A DNA stretch of 63,816 nucleotides, the filler included, from Ministeria vibrans ATCC 50519 (taxonomy: Eukaryota > Protista > Filasterea): assembly GCA_943704425.1 (NCBI GenBank). It is 5 parts of 5 records of this genome, joined end to end, with 100 filler letters (N's around TTAATTAATTAA, not from the genome) between each part and the next. Parts side by side here need not be neighbours in the genome. Positions count along the whole stretch, not along the records: positions 13,005 to 35,777 come from CALSCP010000408.1; 4 more parts are not named here. One strand, given 5' to 3'. Under the pieces are notes generated by a model that was given only the letters and a program-made list of their open reading frames with translations, did no database searches and had not been told where the DNA came from. This document shows positions 15,369 through 28,200 of the stretch, piece after piece. The position numbers and the translations under genes are program-made. Position 1 is the stretch's first letter; each line of letters begins with the position of its first letter.

Positions 15369-17124
15369 TTACGAAAATCGCCGACAAAAGGAATCAACGT
15401 CGAACTTTCGGCGACAGCCATTGAAATTCATAAAGCGGATTTTGCCGAAGATGGGCCGTTCCTTCCACCCCATATCGTGTGTGCCACAGATAGCCCACAG
15501 AATCCCCACATAACCATTGGGATCACGTCCGTCGAGTGAATACCGATCGTTGAGCAAAGTTGCAATCTCAAGTGCACTCTGAGGCGTCGCAGTCCACTCT
15601 AGAATCTAAATTATCATAAATCATTAGCTCCCTCCTACCACTCGATACTATTTACACACACATACATACACACCACATGCAAAAGAGCCACAAGTGGGGA
15701 TAAGATAGAACTATCAGAAATTACTATTGATACCTTCTTGGCCCAGTACATACGCAAGAAACCGTGCATGTGTCCTGTTGTGACCAACTGACGCTGTGCT
15801 GCGTTCCATAGAGGATCGTGCGTTTTTGCCTGTGTGAACTGTGCCTCTGTGTACACATATTCACGCGCGTCCGCTGTGTGGCGTGTGAGTGTCTCGCGTG
15901 CCCATTCGGCTGTGGTGTCCGCTGAGAGCACTGTCAGCGGACCGCTCGCCACTGCGCCGTTTGTGAAGAAGCAGTAGTTGTCGGCGAGCTCACGGCGCAC
16001 AAAGGCTTCCTCGACAAAGCCTTTGACCCCTTCGCGACAGCGTGCACTGGCAGCCCCCCGCTGCTCCACTGCCAGCACGGCCCGCTGTGCGCTCAACTGC
16101 CCAAAGTGGAAGTAGGCACTGAGTCGGGATGTTGCATCCGCAAGCGGGTCGTTACGGTGTGTCCCGTAGAGCCCAAGACGCTCCTGCGTGCAAAATTCCT
16201 CAAGCGCTGCATGTGCAGCACGAACCCCGGCAACAGGCTTTGCCAGTGGTGCGACAGAGCAGTCGACAGTGCGCGAGACGCGTTCCAGCTCGGCAGTCCA
16301 GTCGACTGCCGCCGCACTGGCGCCCGTGTCACACCGACAAGCGGCCGGCATCTCAAGCGGTGTCGTCGGGAAGGCAACGAGAAACTCCTCCTTCAATGCA
16401 TTTAGCTTGGGGCGCAACGTGCGTGCCCCGACTTCACGTTTCACCGACGCATGCCAGACGGGCACAATGTTGTGAGCGTCGACCTGTCAGTCAAACAGCA
16501 CAGAGTCAGAAGAAGCAACAGAGCGATCCCCCCCTCCCCCTGCCCTTGTGTGACTCTCACCTGAACTGTGGGAACTTCGATTGCGGCAGCCACAGACGCA
16601 ACCGTCTGCCGCGCCGAGGGCATCGGGGACATGTCCGTGACAAGCAGACCCGCCTTGACCGTCTTGACAAACGATGGAACCGTTTCCGCCGCATCGCCGC
16701 GCAAAAGTCGAAATCCTATGCCTACAGAGAGATAAGGTAGTGTGGTTGATCAATATATGACAAGGCGTCCCCGATGCCTGTCGTCTGTGCGACGGGAGAT
16801 CGCGACAAGTTCACTTTGCTCACCCAAACTTGCAAGTGACGATGACACCTCCGCCAGCCCTTTAAACATGAAATCGTACGCCCGCAAGGTGGCGTTGGGG
16901 AACTCTGGGATCAGGTTGAACACAACGTGCAGCGGCACTTCCCACAAGACGGCCTGTGAGCGTGCGAAGAGCAATGCCCAGTTGTCTTCGACGCGCTGGT
17001 CACGACTCATCCACAACACAACAGCCTGAGGACGCGGTGGGGGTTTCGTCACCGCACCAATCGTTCTCATGCGAGCTGGATTAAACCATTCTGGTCGCTG
17101 TACACTCAGACGTGCTCGCTTCAT
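15369..17124 (-). CDS. PHR: Class II CPD photolyase
   Basis: [115 protein letters not shown]. Confidence 0.96.
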
Positions 17125-17338
17125 CTGGCGTCGAAAATCTGTGAAGTGTCTGTGAATAATTCGATCAGTAGTGTTCAAATTTCACAACTCAAAAGTCAAT
17201 AAAATATATTTCTTGTCTTGTCCCCGACAGGAGCCACAACCTCACTTTGGCGCCGCTGCGTGATTCCAGTGTTCCCTTGACGATCCATAGGCCCCCCCGG
17301 TCGAGCGCGCCCGCCCCTGCGTCCGTCCCACCAGCGCC

Positions 17339-19191
17339 ATGGCCGACTCGCAGTCGTCGGCGATCGTCGCTGGCGAGCGCGTCTGGCTCCCCAACGCAAA
17401 GACAAGCTTCTCGCTGGCCACCGTCCGCGCCGTCGACCCTGCCAACGACACCTTCCAGGTACACCCCCCCCCCGAGCTCCGCTTCTCTCTTCCCTCTTCA
17501 TTTTCTCCCAAATCACTTTTTCTCTTTTTTTTTTTTTTCGAGTCTTGTCTTTTTTCAAAAAAGTCTCATTTCCCTCCAAATTCGCAAACCGCATGCGCTT
17601 TTCTTCGCACTCGACTCGCTCCGGCGCTGCTATCCCCCAGACACTTGCAAACCCCGCGCTAGCCTCTCGAATAGCCCTGTGGCGACCGAGAAACGAAATC
17701 TGTCCAGTCCAATCTCACATTCCAGTCACTTCCGAAACACACGCGCTTTCCCTCGCCCTCCCATGCCACCGCTGCCTATCGTAGGCCTCATTGCTATCGC
17801 ACCACCGCTCAGCAATTTCTCGCAGCAAAACAATACCAAAAGAGAGAAAAAAAAAAAAAAGACGGCAGAGCATAACCCCTTTTGGAACACATCATTTGGC
17901 TTATTTACGCCCACAGCTCACCAATGGAACGGTCGTGGCGCGCGGCAACGCCTACCCAGTCAACCCCACGTCGATGGATGCCGTCCCCGACAACACCATG
18001 CTGATGTATCTGCATGAGCCGTCACTGCTCCACAACCTGCGCGTCCGGTATGTAAACACACCGTCATTATTATGATTATATTTATATATATATATATAAA
18101 AAAGGATGGAGGGAGACGGACTGACAGATGAAGAAACACAAGATGAAGACGACATCGTCAGTGTTTTTATTAGAAAAGAAAAGAAACAAAGAAACAAAGA
18201 GAGATAATTATTATATACGTGAGAGAGTGGAAAAGCACCAGATAAAGTAGACATCTTCAGCTGAACTTGTTTTCATTCCGCTAGCTACGAGCGCGATGAA
18301 ATATATACCACAACTGGCTACATTTTGATTGCAATCAATCCGTACAAGCGTCTGCCCATCTACGACAACGATGTCATTTTCCAGTACTCGGGCGCCCCGT
18401 ACAACTCACTCAAGCCGCACGTGTACAGTACCGCTGATCGTGCCTATCGCTGTATGAAAGCCGCATCACAGGTTTGAACACACAAGACACAAAGAAGCCG
18501 GAAATGTTGGAGAATTGACCTGTGTGTGTGTATGTGTGTAGAAAGCGACACATGGCGACGTAGACCCATCTCGGCCCGTCAACCAGTCGATTGTCGTGAG
18601 TGGCGAGAGTGGCGCCGGCAAAACTGAGACATGCAAGTACATGATGCGCTTTTACGCCGTCGTGGGCAGCAGTGGCTCCATGGCCGGCATTGAGCAGCGC
18701 GTCATCGACTCAGTGCCGCTCCTGGAGGCCTTTGGCAATGCCAAGACTGTCCGTAACAACAACTCATCGCGCTTTGGAAAGTTTACCGAAGTCCATTTTG
18801 ACAGGTTTGATAAGAAACATGGATACTTTTGACTTGTAATACTAACACACACACACACACCAACACACCCGTCTCAAAACCAGCAAACAACGAATGGCGG
18901 GCGCTGCCATTGAGACGTATCTTCTCGAACGACCGCGCATTGTCCAACAAGCCCAAAACGAACGCAACTTTCACATTTTTTACCAATTGTTGGCGGGTGC
19001 AGAGTCGTCACTGCTATCGGTACAACCACACGCACTAACTACACATACACACACTAATTACACGCACACACTAACTACACGCGCGCACATCCACCCACCC
19101 ACCCACACACACACACACACACAACACTCACACAACACAACACACACACAACACAACACTCACACAACACAACACAACACACACACAACAC

Positions 19192-19254
<63 letters not shown>

Positions 19255-22200
19255 ACACTATAAGCATTAAGCACACAACCTCAATGGACGTACACTCACG
19301 TTTATTATTTTAACAGAAACTCGATCTGACGCGCGACGCACTGCACTACACATACCTCAACAGCTCAAAATGCGTTGCAGTCGATGGCATTGACGACCGC
19401 ACAGACTTTACTGATGTCTCGACTGCTCTCAACACCATTGGAATGTCTCGCGCTGAGCACGAAGACCTCTTTGGCATCGTAGCATCGCTCTTGCATTTGG
19501 GAAATGTTCTCTTTGATAAGCCTCGCCGGTAGGTCCTTTGACAAAGACACTGCAATTACGAAATTAATAATAATTTCAATTCTAGTGATGAAGGAGCAGC
19601 TGCAATTGCATCGTCGAGCTTGTCATCTCTGGCTGCAGCCGCACTCCGTCTCGGTATCAATCGCGATGAACTTGCTGACAAGCTGGTTCGCCGCACAATG
19701 AAGATGAGGGGCGGTCGAGGTGGCGACTCAGTCAAGTAATAACACAGTCACATTTTTATGCGTCTTTCATTCTTTTGTTTTTAAACGTCACTCATTTTTT
19801 CCAACAAAAGGATTCCTCTGTCGCGCTCTGACGCACAGATTGCACGCGACGCTCTGGCCCAGTTTGTCTACGGCACTACATTCAACTTCCTTGTGTCGCG
19901 TATCAACCAGGCCCTTCCCTGCCGCGACTCGGCCAGCTTTATTGGCATCCTTGACATTTCCGGCTTTGAAATCTTTGAACACAACTCGTTTGAGCAGCTC
20001 TGTATCAACTATGCCAACGAGAAGATCCAGGAGTGTTTCAACATGCAGATGCTGCTCCAGGAGCAGGAAATTTACGAACTTGAGGGTCTGCGCTGGAGAA
20101 AAGTTGATTTTCAGGACAACCGAGTATTTATCTCTTATAATACTTTTTTTTCACGCAACAATACTCATGATTATGTTCTTGTGTCTTTGTAGGGCATCAT
20201 TGATCTGGTGGAGGAACGTCATCGCGGCATTTTAGCCATTCTCGATGAAGAGTGCCGTGTGCCCAAGGCAACCGATCTTACCTTTGGTGCAAAGGTTCAC
20301 GCCACGCACGTCGGGTGCTCCTTCCTCACCAAACCAAAGGTAGGTGATGTGTCCTGCACTCTCACTCACATACACTGACTCAACACACGATTATTCACCC
20401 ACTCACACCCTTGACTCACTCGTCACATTGAATTTGGTAGGTTGGGAAGTCGCAGCGTCGTCTGTCGCCCGAGGAGGGCTTCATCATCAACCACTTTGCA
20501 GGCACTGTGCTCTACGAGACCAAGGGATTCCTTGAGAAGAACAACGCCGTATGCATTTGCTTTACAGAATCACACACTTACTGTTGTTGATCATTCTTTT
20601 TTGTAGACTCTTCACGACGACCTGTTGGGCACGTTGCGCAAGACGGAGAACGAGTCGATGCAACGCATTCTTCAACACCATCAAGAAATCACCAAAATCT
20701 CAACGAGTGGCAACGAGAAACGCTTCAAGTCTATTGGCGGTCGCTTTAACGATCAACTTTCGCTGCTCATGACCCGTCTGGCAAGCACCCAGTCACACTT
20801 TGTTCGCTGCATCAAACCCAATCAGCTTCAACGTCCCGGTGTCTTTGTCGAGCCTGACATTCTCGTGCAACTCCGCTACTCTGGCATGTGCGCAGTGCTT
20901 GTTCTCATGCAAAAGGGTTTTCCCACTCGCTGTACCTTTGAAGACATATATCAACGGTACACTTGAGCGCAGACGAATGCATCTCTCAACTGGTTCTTTT
21001 TCTCTATTTTCTCAGGTACCATCACAACTTTCCCGCCAAGTTTTTCGACCGCCTGTCTCGCGGCACCTTTTGCGAGGCAATTCTTGTTGCCCTCGACTTG
21101 CACGGTGGCAAAGACTTTCAGATTGGCCTCACCAAGGTAAGCTGCAATGCTACATAATTATGTATCTTGCTCACACCATGTGTTCGTGCTTTAGGTCTTT
21201 TTCAAGGCGGGCAAGATGAAGCTGCTTGATGACCTGGCGAATGCATCGAAGGAAAGCATTGATGTGGTTGTGAAAAAGGTGAAGAAGTGGCTGGCACAAA
21301 AGCGTTTCCGTGCCGCTGGTGTCGCCGTCATTGCGACCAACAAGCTTGCGCGTCGCATGCGCGGCATTCGCGCTGCCTATCGCTTTCGTCAGATGGTACG
21401 TGTGGTGCGTGTTGGCTGGGTGCTTTTTGCGGTGCGTCTGCTCAAGCGCGCTCGTCGCAAGATTGAGGAGCGCCGCCAAAAGGAGATGCTGTTGGCGCAG
21501 GACCAGCGAGAGAAGCTTGAGCGCGAGCGACTCGCGCGTCTCACCGAGGAGCAGCGTGCGCGCGAGGAGGAGGAGAAGCGTCTGCGTGCCCACGAAGAGG
21601 AGATTCAACGCCAGATTGCCGAGGCCGAGGAGCTTGCGCGTGTGCGCGAAGAGGCCAAGGTTGCTGCGGTGCGCAAGCAACTCGAGATGGAATTTGCGCG
21701 CAAGCAAGATGAGGCACGCGCTCTCGAGGAATCGCGTCGTGCCCAACTCGAGCAGAAGATACGCGACGAGGAGGCAAAGCGCGTCGAGGAGCTCCGTGCC
21801 GAAATGGAGCAGCTTACGCGGGGTGTCTCCGAGGAAGAGGTTGCGCAAATCGAGCAGGCGACACGCGATGCGGTCGAGCAGGAGTGTGCGGCACGCGAGG
21901 AGCGCAAGTTGCGCGAGCAGACGGAACAATTTGAGACGGAGTTTGCCAAGCGTGAGGCGGCGGTGCGTCGCGAGGAACGTCGTGCCCTGGACGACATGGA
22001 GAACACGTGGCAGCAAAAGATGGCGACGGAACGTCAGCGTCTGGCAGACTTGGAGAAGCAGCACTTGCTTGAGTTGCAGACCAAAATGACCAGTGACTGG
22101 ACCACACGTGAAAGTAATTTGCGTGGCGAGGAACGCAAGCGTCTTGATGAGACTCGCGCGCGTCTCGAGGAGCGACTCAACGAGGAGCGTGAACGTCTGC

Positions 22201-25200
22201 TGGCGCACTCGTCCAAGAAGGAGCAAGAGCTGGTAGCACAACTTGAGGCGCTGCGTGCCTCATCGACAAACAGCGACCAGAAGACACGCAAGCTAGCGAA
22301 GCAACTCAAGGCGGCAGAGCGCGCCGCCGAGGAGGCCAAGTTCAAGTTTGAAGATCAAGAGGTGGCACTGAAGCGCGAGGCACAACGTGTCGAGGCACTC
22401 CAGGCCGAGGTGCGCGATGCGAATGCCGCGGTGGAGGAGCGTCAAGAGAAGCTGATGCGCGAACTGGGACGCGAGCGTGAGGCACGCAGTCGCATCGACG
22501 AGACGCTTCGGGAGCTGCGTGAACGCGTGGAGAAGGAGGCCAAGGAGAAGTCCGAACTGGGCTCGTCCGTGGTCGACTTGCAGGCCCGCCTGCGCGATGA
22601 GATTGAGGCTCGCAAGCGATGGGAACACAAAGCTCAGACTCTCCAGGCGCAAGTGGACTCGATCACGGCCGACGCCGAGACTACGGCGAGCCAGGTGCGC
22701 GAACTCGAGAGTCGTTTGCGCCGCGAACGCGACGAGACCCAACTTATCAAGGAGGAGCTTGTCGAGACCAAGGGCCAACTCGAAATGGCACGTTCCGAGA
22801 CGTCTAATGCCAGCGACCAGACACGTGCCTTCCAACGTCAGCTCGACGACGCACGCAAGACACTCGAGTCCGAGCTGGCGACTGCAGCCGCGGACAAACG
22901 CCAGGCACTGGAGCTTGCCGAGAGCCGTCTGCAAACGGAACGGGCGGCACGCGAGCAGTTTGAGGCAGAGCAGAGCACCGCTCAGCAGCAGGCTCGTCAG
23001 TTGCAGCGCCAGGCGGTTGCCAAGGCCGAGGATGCCGAGTTGGCTCTGGAGAATGCCGTACGCGACGCCAACGAGAAGGAAAAGGCTGCCGAGCGACGCA
23101 TTGCAGGTCTCACAGCGGAACTTGATGACCTCAAGGCACAGCGTGAGACACAAAAGGCCGAACTTGAAGAGGCGCGTCAGTGCGAGGCCAAGTGGCTGCG
23201 AGAATACACTAGCACCAATGCACAGCTGGAGACTCTCCGTGGCGAGATGGAAGGCACCCAAGTGGCCAGTTCGGCCATTTCGGAGCAGCTTCGTGAGCAG
23301 CTCGTGAGCACAACGGCCAAGATGACGGACGCTGTGTCGCGCGCCGCCGATCTTGAAGTGCAGTTGCGCATTGCGCAAGACTCTGGCGAACGTAAGTTGG
23401 CACAGGCGTCGGAGCGAGCCGAAGATCTTGAGACTCAACTGGCGGCGGCGCGCAAGGACCTTAACGGTGCTATGGGCCGTGTGACAACGCTGCGCGAGTC
23501 AGTGGCGAGTCTGGAGGACGAGCTGGCACAAGAGTCGTCGTTGGTGGAGCGCAGTCAGCGTATGGTTGACGAACTTACAGCGAGTGGCGCCGAGGAGAAG
23601 CGTCTGTTGGAGCAGGCACACAAGGACATTGAGAACCTCGAGGCGGCGCTGGCGGCAACCAAGGCCGAGGCCGCAGAGCTCCAGTCGGGCCTCGTGGGAA
23701 ACCACGAACAAGTGTTACAGTCGGTGCGCAGTGAGCGTGACGCGGTACTTGCCGAACATCGTGATCTCAAGGAACAGCTGGCGCGTGCTACCGCCGAGTT
23801 TGTTGACCTCACTTCACGCTTTGAAGCGTCCGCTACGCGTGCCACCAGCGATGCCGAGGAGGCCGCGGCAAACATTGCCGACTTGGAACGACAACGACGC
23901 GAGCTTGAAATGTTGGTGGCGAAGGAGAAGCAGTGCCACGTGGAGGACGCGGCGGCGGCCGAAGAGCACGAGCGGGCGCTCAAGGAGAAACTCGCTGAGC
24001 TTGAGCAAGGGTTGGCGGACGCGCAGGCTGAGCAGCAGAGTACAACCGCACGCGAGGAGACTCTCACGCAGCGCTTGAGTGCCGTCGAGACGGCGGCCAA
24101 GACCACAGAGGAGTCACTGGAGGCGGTGCGCGCCGAGCTGCAGCAGGCGCGACGTGACCATGCACAGGAAATTGAGGCGCTTGAAGAGGCCAATGCCAGG
24201 CTGCAGCAAGAGAGCGAGCAGGCGAAAGAGTCGGCGGAGGCGTTGCAGGTGCAAATGGACAGTTCCAAGGAGCAGTTGATGGTGGATTTCGAAGAGGAGC
24301 GTGAACGTTGGCGTCAGCAGACGGAACGCCATGAGAATGAGTCGCGTGTGCTGCGAGCTGAGGCGGACGGTCGGTCTGCAGAAATGCTCGAACGCATGGC
24401 CGTTTTTGATGCAAACAACCGTCAGATGATGGACGAGACGAATGCGCAGCTGGAGGCCGCCGTGAAGCGGCTGCAAGAGGAGCGAGCATCGACACGATCA
24501 CTGCAGGACGAGTGCGATGGACTGCGTCAGAAGCTCGAGCGTCAGCGACAGTACTGCGAGACTGCCGAGGCGCAAGTGGCGTCGCTGCGTGAGACGATGA
24601 ACAACGAACGGACGGTGCGCGAAGCAGAGCGAAATAAATCTCGTCTTGCCGTGTCCGCATCGGTCGCGTCGGCCACGTCGGCTGTGGCTGCCTCGTCGTT
24701 GCACGCCGCCACGGCCGCGCGTGAGGTTCTCGAGGAGCGTCTGGCCATTCAGCGTGAGCACAATCGCGACCTGGACCGTCGTCAGGTGGAACTGGTGCGG
24801 CGCAACGAGGCCGCACAGAACACCATTCGGCTGTGCAAAAACGAAATTTCACGTTTGGAGACCAAACTCAAGGAGGAGAAGGCGGCCGCCGAGACTATTC
24901 GACTGGCACTTGACACGGAAGTGCGCGAGAAGGACGTTCTGCGGGCCAAGGTGGCCGAGCGATCACAGCAGCTGCGCACGCCGTCACCACGCAAGAAGCG
25001 TTTTGGTCGCAGTCGCACGCCCGGTGACAATGAAAATGGAAGCGGCAGCGACGATAATGGCCTACCGAAACTGGGCGAGTTGTACCGCTGTTCGCAGTGT
25101 CTCGCCATGGACAAAGATCCCATGGGACGCACGCCGATGCATTTTGCCGCAGCCGAGGGAAACGTCGAACTGCTCCATCGACAGCTCGCCCAAGGCGGCA

Positions 25201-28200
25201 TGGTAGTGGCGACGGCCCAGATGCGCGATGGCACGACCCCTCTCATTGAGGCGGCGGTGCGTGGCCATGACGCCTGTGTTAACGTACTGCTCAAGTTTGG
25301 TGTGGACGTCGACACGGCGACACACGATGGCTCGACTGCGCTGACTCGTGCCGCTGGGAGCAGCGAGGCCAAGACGAGCACGCTCAAGCTGCTTCTCGAT
25401 GCCACGGCGAATGTGGACACGCAAACCAAGGCGGGTGCAACACCGCTGCATCGCGCGTGCGAGGCAGGCAATCTTTCGTTTGTCACGTTACTGCTCGAAT
25501 GGAGTGCCGAACTCGAGCTGACTAATGACCAGGGTTGGACGCCCGCGTACACGTCGGTGTTTTACGGCAACCGTGAGTGTCTGGTGGAACTGCTCGATCA
25601 CAAGGCTTCGGTGAACCAGTCAGACTCGCAAGACACGCCCATGCTGCACCGTGCCGCGGCCAGTGGTAACTGCGAAATTGCCAAGCTGCTGCTGCAGCAC
25701 CACGCCGCAACTGCAGCGGTCGACGCGCAGGGTAACACGGCACTGCACGTTGCTGTGGAGCGTGGCCACACCGACATGGCACGTCTGCTACTTGAGGAAG
25801 GCGATGTGCCCGTGAACGCTATCAATGCTGACGGTGAGACTCCCTTACACAGCGCCTGCACGTCTGGCATCCCTGCGTTGCCGCTGCTTCTGCTGGGAAA
25901 TGGGGCTGATGTGGACGCACGCAGTGGTGAGGGACGCACGCCGTTGCACTATGCTGCCTCCGACGGCCACGACGAGATTGTGCGTCTTTTGGTGCGCGAC
26001 TTTGGCGCCGATGTCGAGTCTCACGCCAACAATGGTTGGACACCGCTGCACTGCGCCGCTGATGAAGGCAAGGATACGTGTGTCGAGGTGCTTCTTAAGG
26101 ACTGTTGTGCTATGGTGGGTGCACATGCCGAGAGCAGCGTGATGCCCGCCATGGCTGACGGCGCAACCGCCCTACACCTCGCCGCTGCCGGTGGTCATAT
26201 TGGGTGTGTGGCACGCCTGGTGGACGGTGGTGCAAGTGTGAATGCGCGCTCGCGACGCACGGGCGCCACACCATTACACGAGGCTGCGCGCACTGGCCAG
26301 TCGGACACGTGTGCTCTGCTGTTGGACCGCCACTCGAGCATCACCACGCTGGCCGACAACCACGAGACGTCGGCTCATTTTGCGGCTATGGGTGGGAGCA
26401 CACAGGTACTCGAGCTGTTTGACGCCGCCTACTGTCGCGCCACAGACAAAGTGGGTTCGAGTGGCTCATTGCACTGGTGGGATTCTCCGGACCGACTCAA
26501 GCACACGCCGCTGCTCTACGCTGCAGCCAATGGTCATGCGCGCGCTGTCATCTGGCTTCTCCGTCATGGTGCCAACGTGAATGCGCGCAACAACGTTGAC
26601 GACACGGTGGTTCACCTGGCAGCCGGGTCCAACTCGGTGGAGACCATGCAGGCGCTACTGAGTGCCGGCGCGTCCGCCGATCAACTCAATGTGCACCACC
26701 AGTCGCCACTTCACTTTGCCTGCGCCACCGAGAATGGCTCACCTGAGATTGTTGCGCTGCTACTCAATCAGAATGTGCCGCTTGCGCTTGCCGACGAGCA
26801 GGGCACAACGGCGTTGCATCTCGCCGCTGCAAGTGGACACACGAACAGCATCAAGGTGCTGCTTGCACCCAACGTGGAGCAGCCATTGCTGCGCGAAGAG
26901 ATGGTACTGGCACGCGACCGGGCAGGTCTGTCGCCGCTTGACCGTGCCATTGAAAGTGGTCATGAGGATGTCGTCCTTGAGCTGTTGCGAGCGCATTCGG
27001 ATCCGAACCAGCACGCGGATGACGGCTGCTTCCCACTGCACCGCGCCGCGGCACTGGGTCATGTGGAGATTGCACGCATGCTCTTGCGCACTCATGCCGA
27101 GGTGAATGCGCGAGCCTCTGCCGCCGGCGAGACTGCCCTGCACTGTGCCGCTGAGTGTGGCGAACTGGAGATGTTAGAGTTGTTGCTGAGCAATCAGGCG
27201 GATGTGAGCATTATGGACTTGCAAGGACACACTGCGCGCGATTTGGCGGCGCTCGAGAATCACACTGAGTGTGTGGCGCTGCTGGACCGTGCTGCTGACG
27301 AGGAACATTCGAATGGCGAACAGCAGCAGCAAGTGCGACGCCTGGGCAGCGTGGACGGCACCGCGACCCCCGAAATGACACGACGACTGTCGCAAAAGGA
27401 TGTCAACGCGAACAGGGAGGGGGGGCTCATTCGCAAGCTGTCGGGAAGTGGCAAAAGCGTCACGGAAGCTCCTGTGCCGTTGCGACCGACCTACGATGCG
27501 TCTGTGGCGCGTTTGGATGCGCAGCTCAAGTCGATCAAGGAAGGCAAGGGCGGTCCTGTGCAGGCTGTGGGACCCGCTGGGGGTGTGTGGGCAGATTTGG
27601 TGGATGTGCTGGGCTCACCGCCGGCCGAACAGGTCGTGTCGCACTTTAAGCGTGTTCGGTTCACCATTGAGGACGAAGGTGCTGCCGAGTCGTCGCCACT
27701 GTCGCTGCCCGCCCAAGGTACCCGACTTGTCATGACGACCGATTCGGACGACGATACGCCCGAGAGCCGTCACTTGCCGTCCAAGAGTGGCGGTCGCGCT
27801 GATGATGACGATGAGATGGTGTATTCGGACGATGAATACGACGACGATGAGGACGAAGACGAGGAGATTGTTGCTGCCCTTGACTTTGATCATGACAATG
27901 GGGCATCGTCGTCGCGTCGTCGTGCAGGTGGACGTCGCCGGGATCGCGCGAACAAGGCGAGTGTGGCAGAGGCGGCGGCATTGTCGCGCACGCTTGAGGC
28001 CGAGATGTTGTTGGATAGCACACAGGCGGCGTTGCGTCAGTGTCGCAATGAGGCGGTGCTGGAGCAACTGATTGAGGCGCGAGATAGTGCGCGTGTCAAG
28101 TTTATCAACGAAACCATAGAGTATGTGGAGTTGGCGGACTCGCCATCGACGCGCGCGCGCGCCGAGCAGGTGGAGCGACTTATGGACACCCTGCGCTCCG

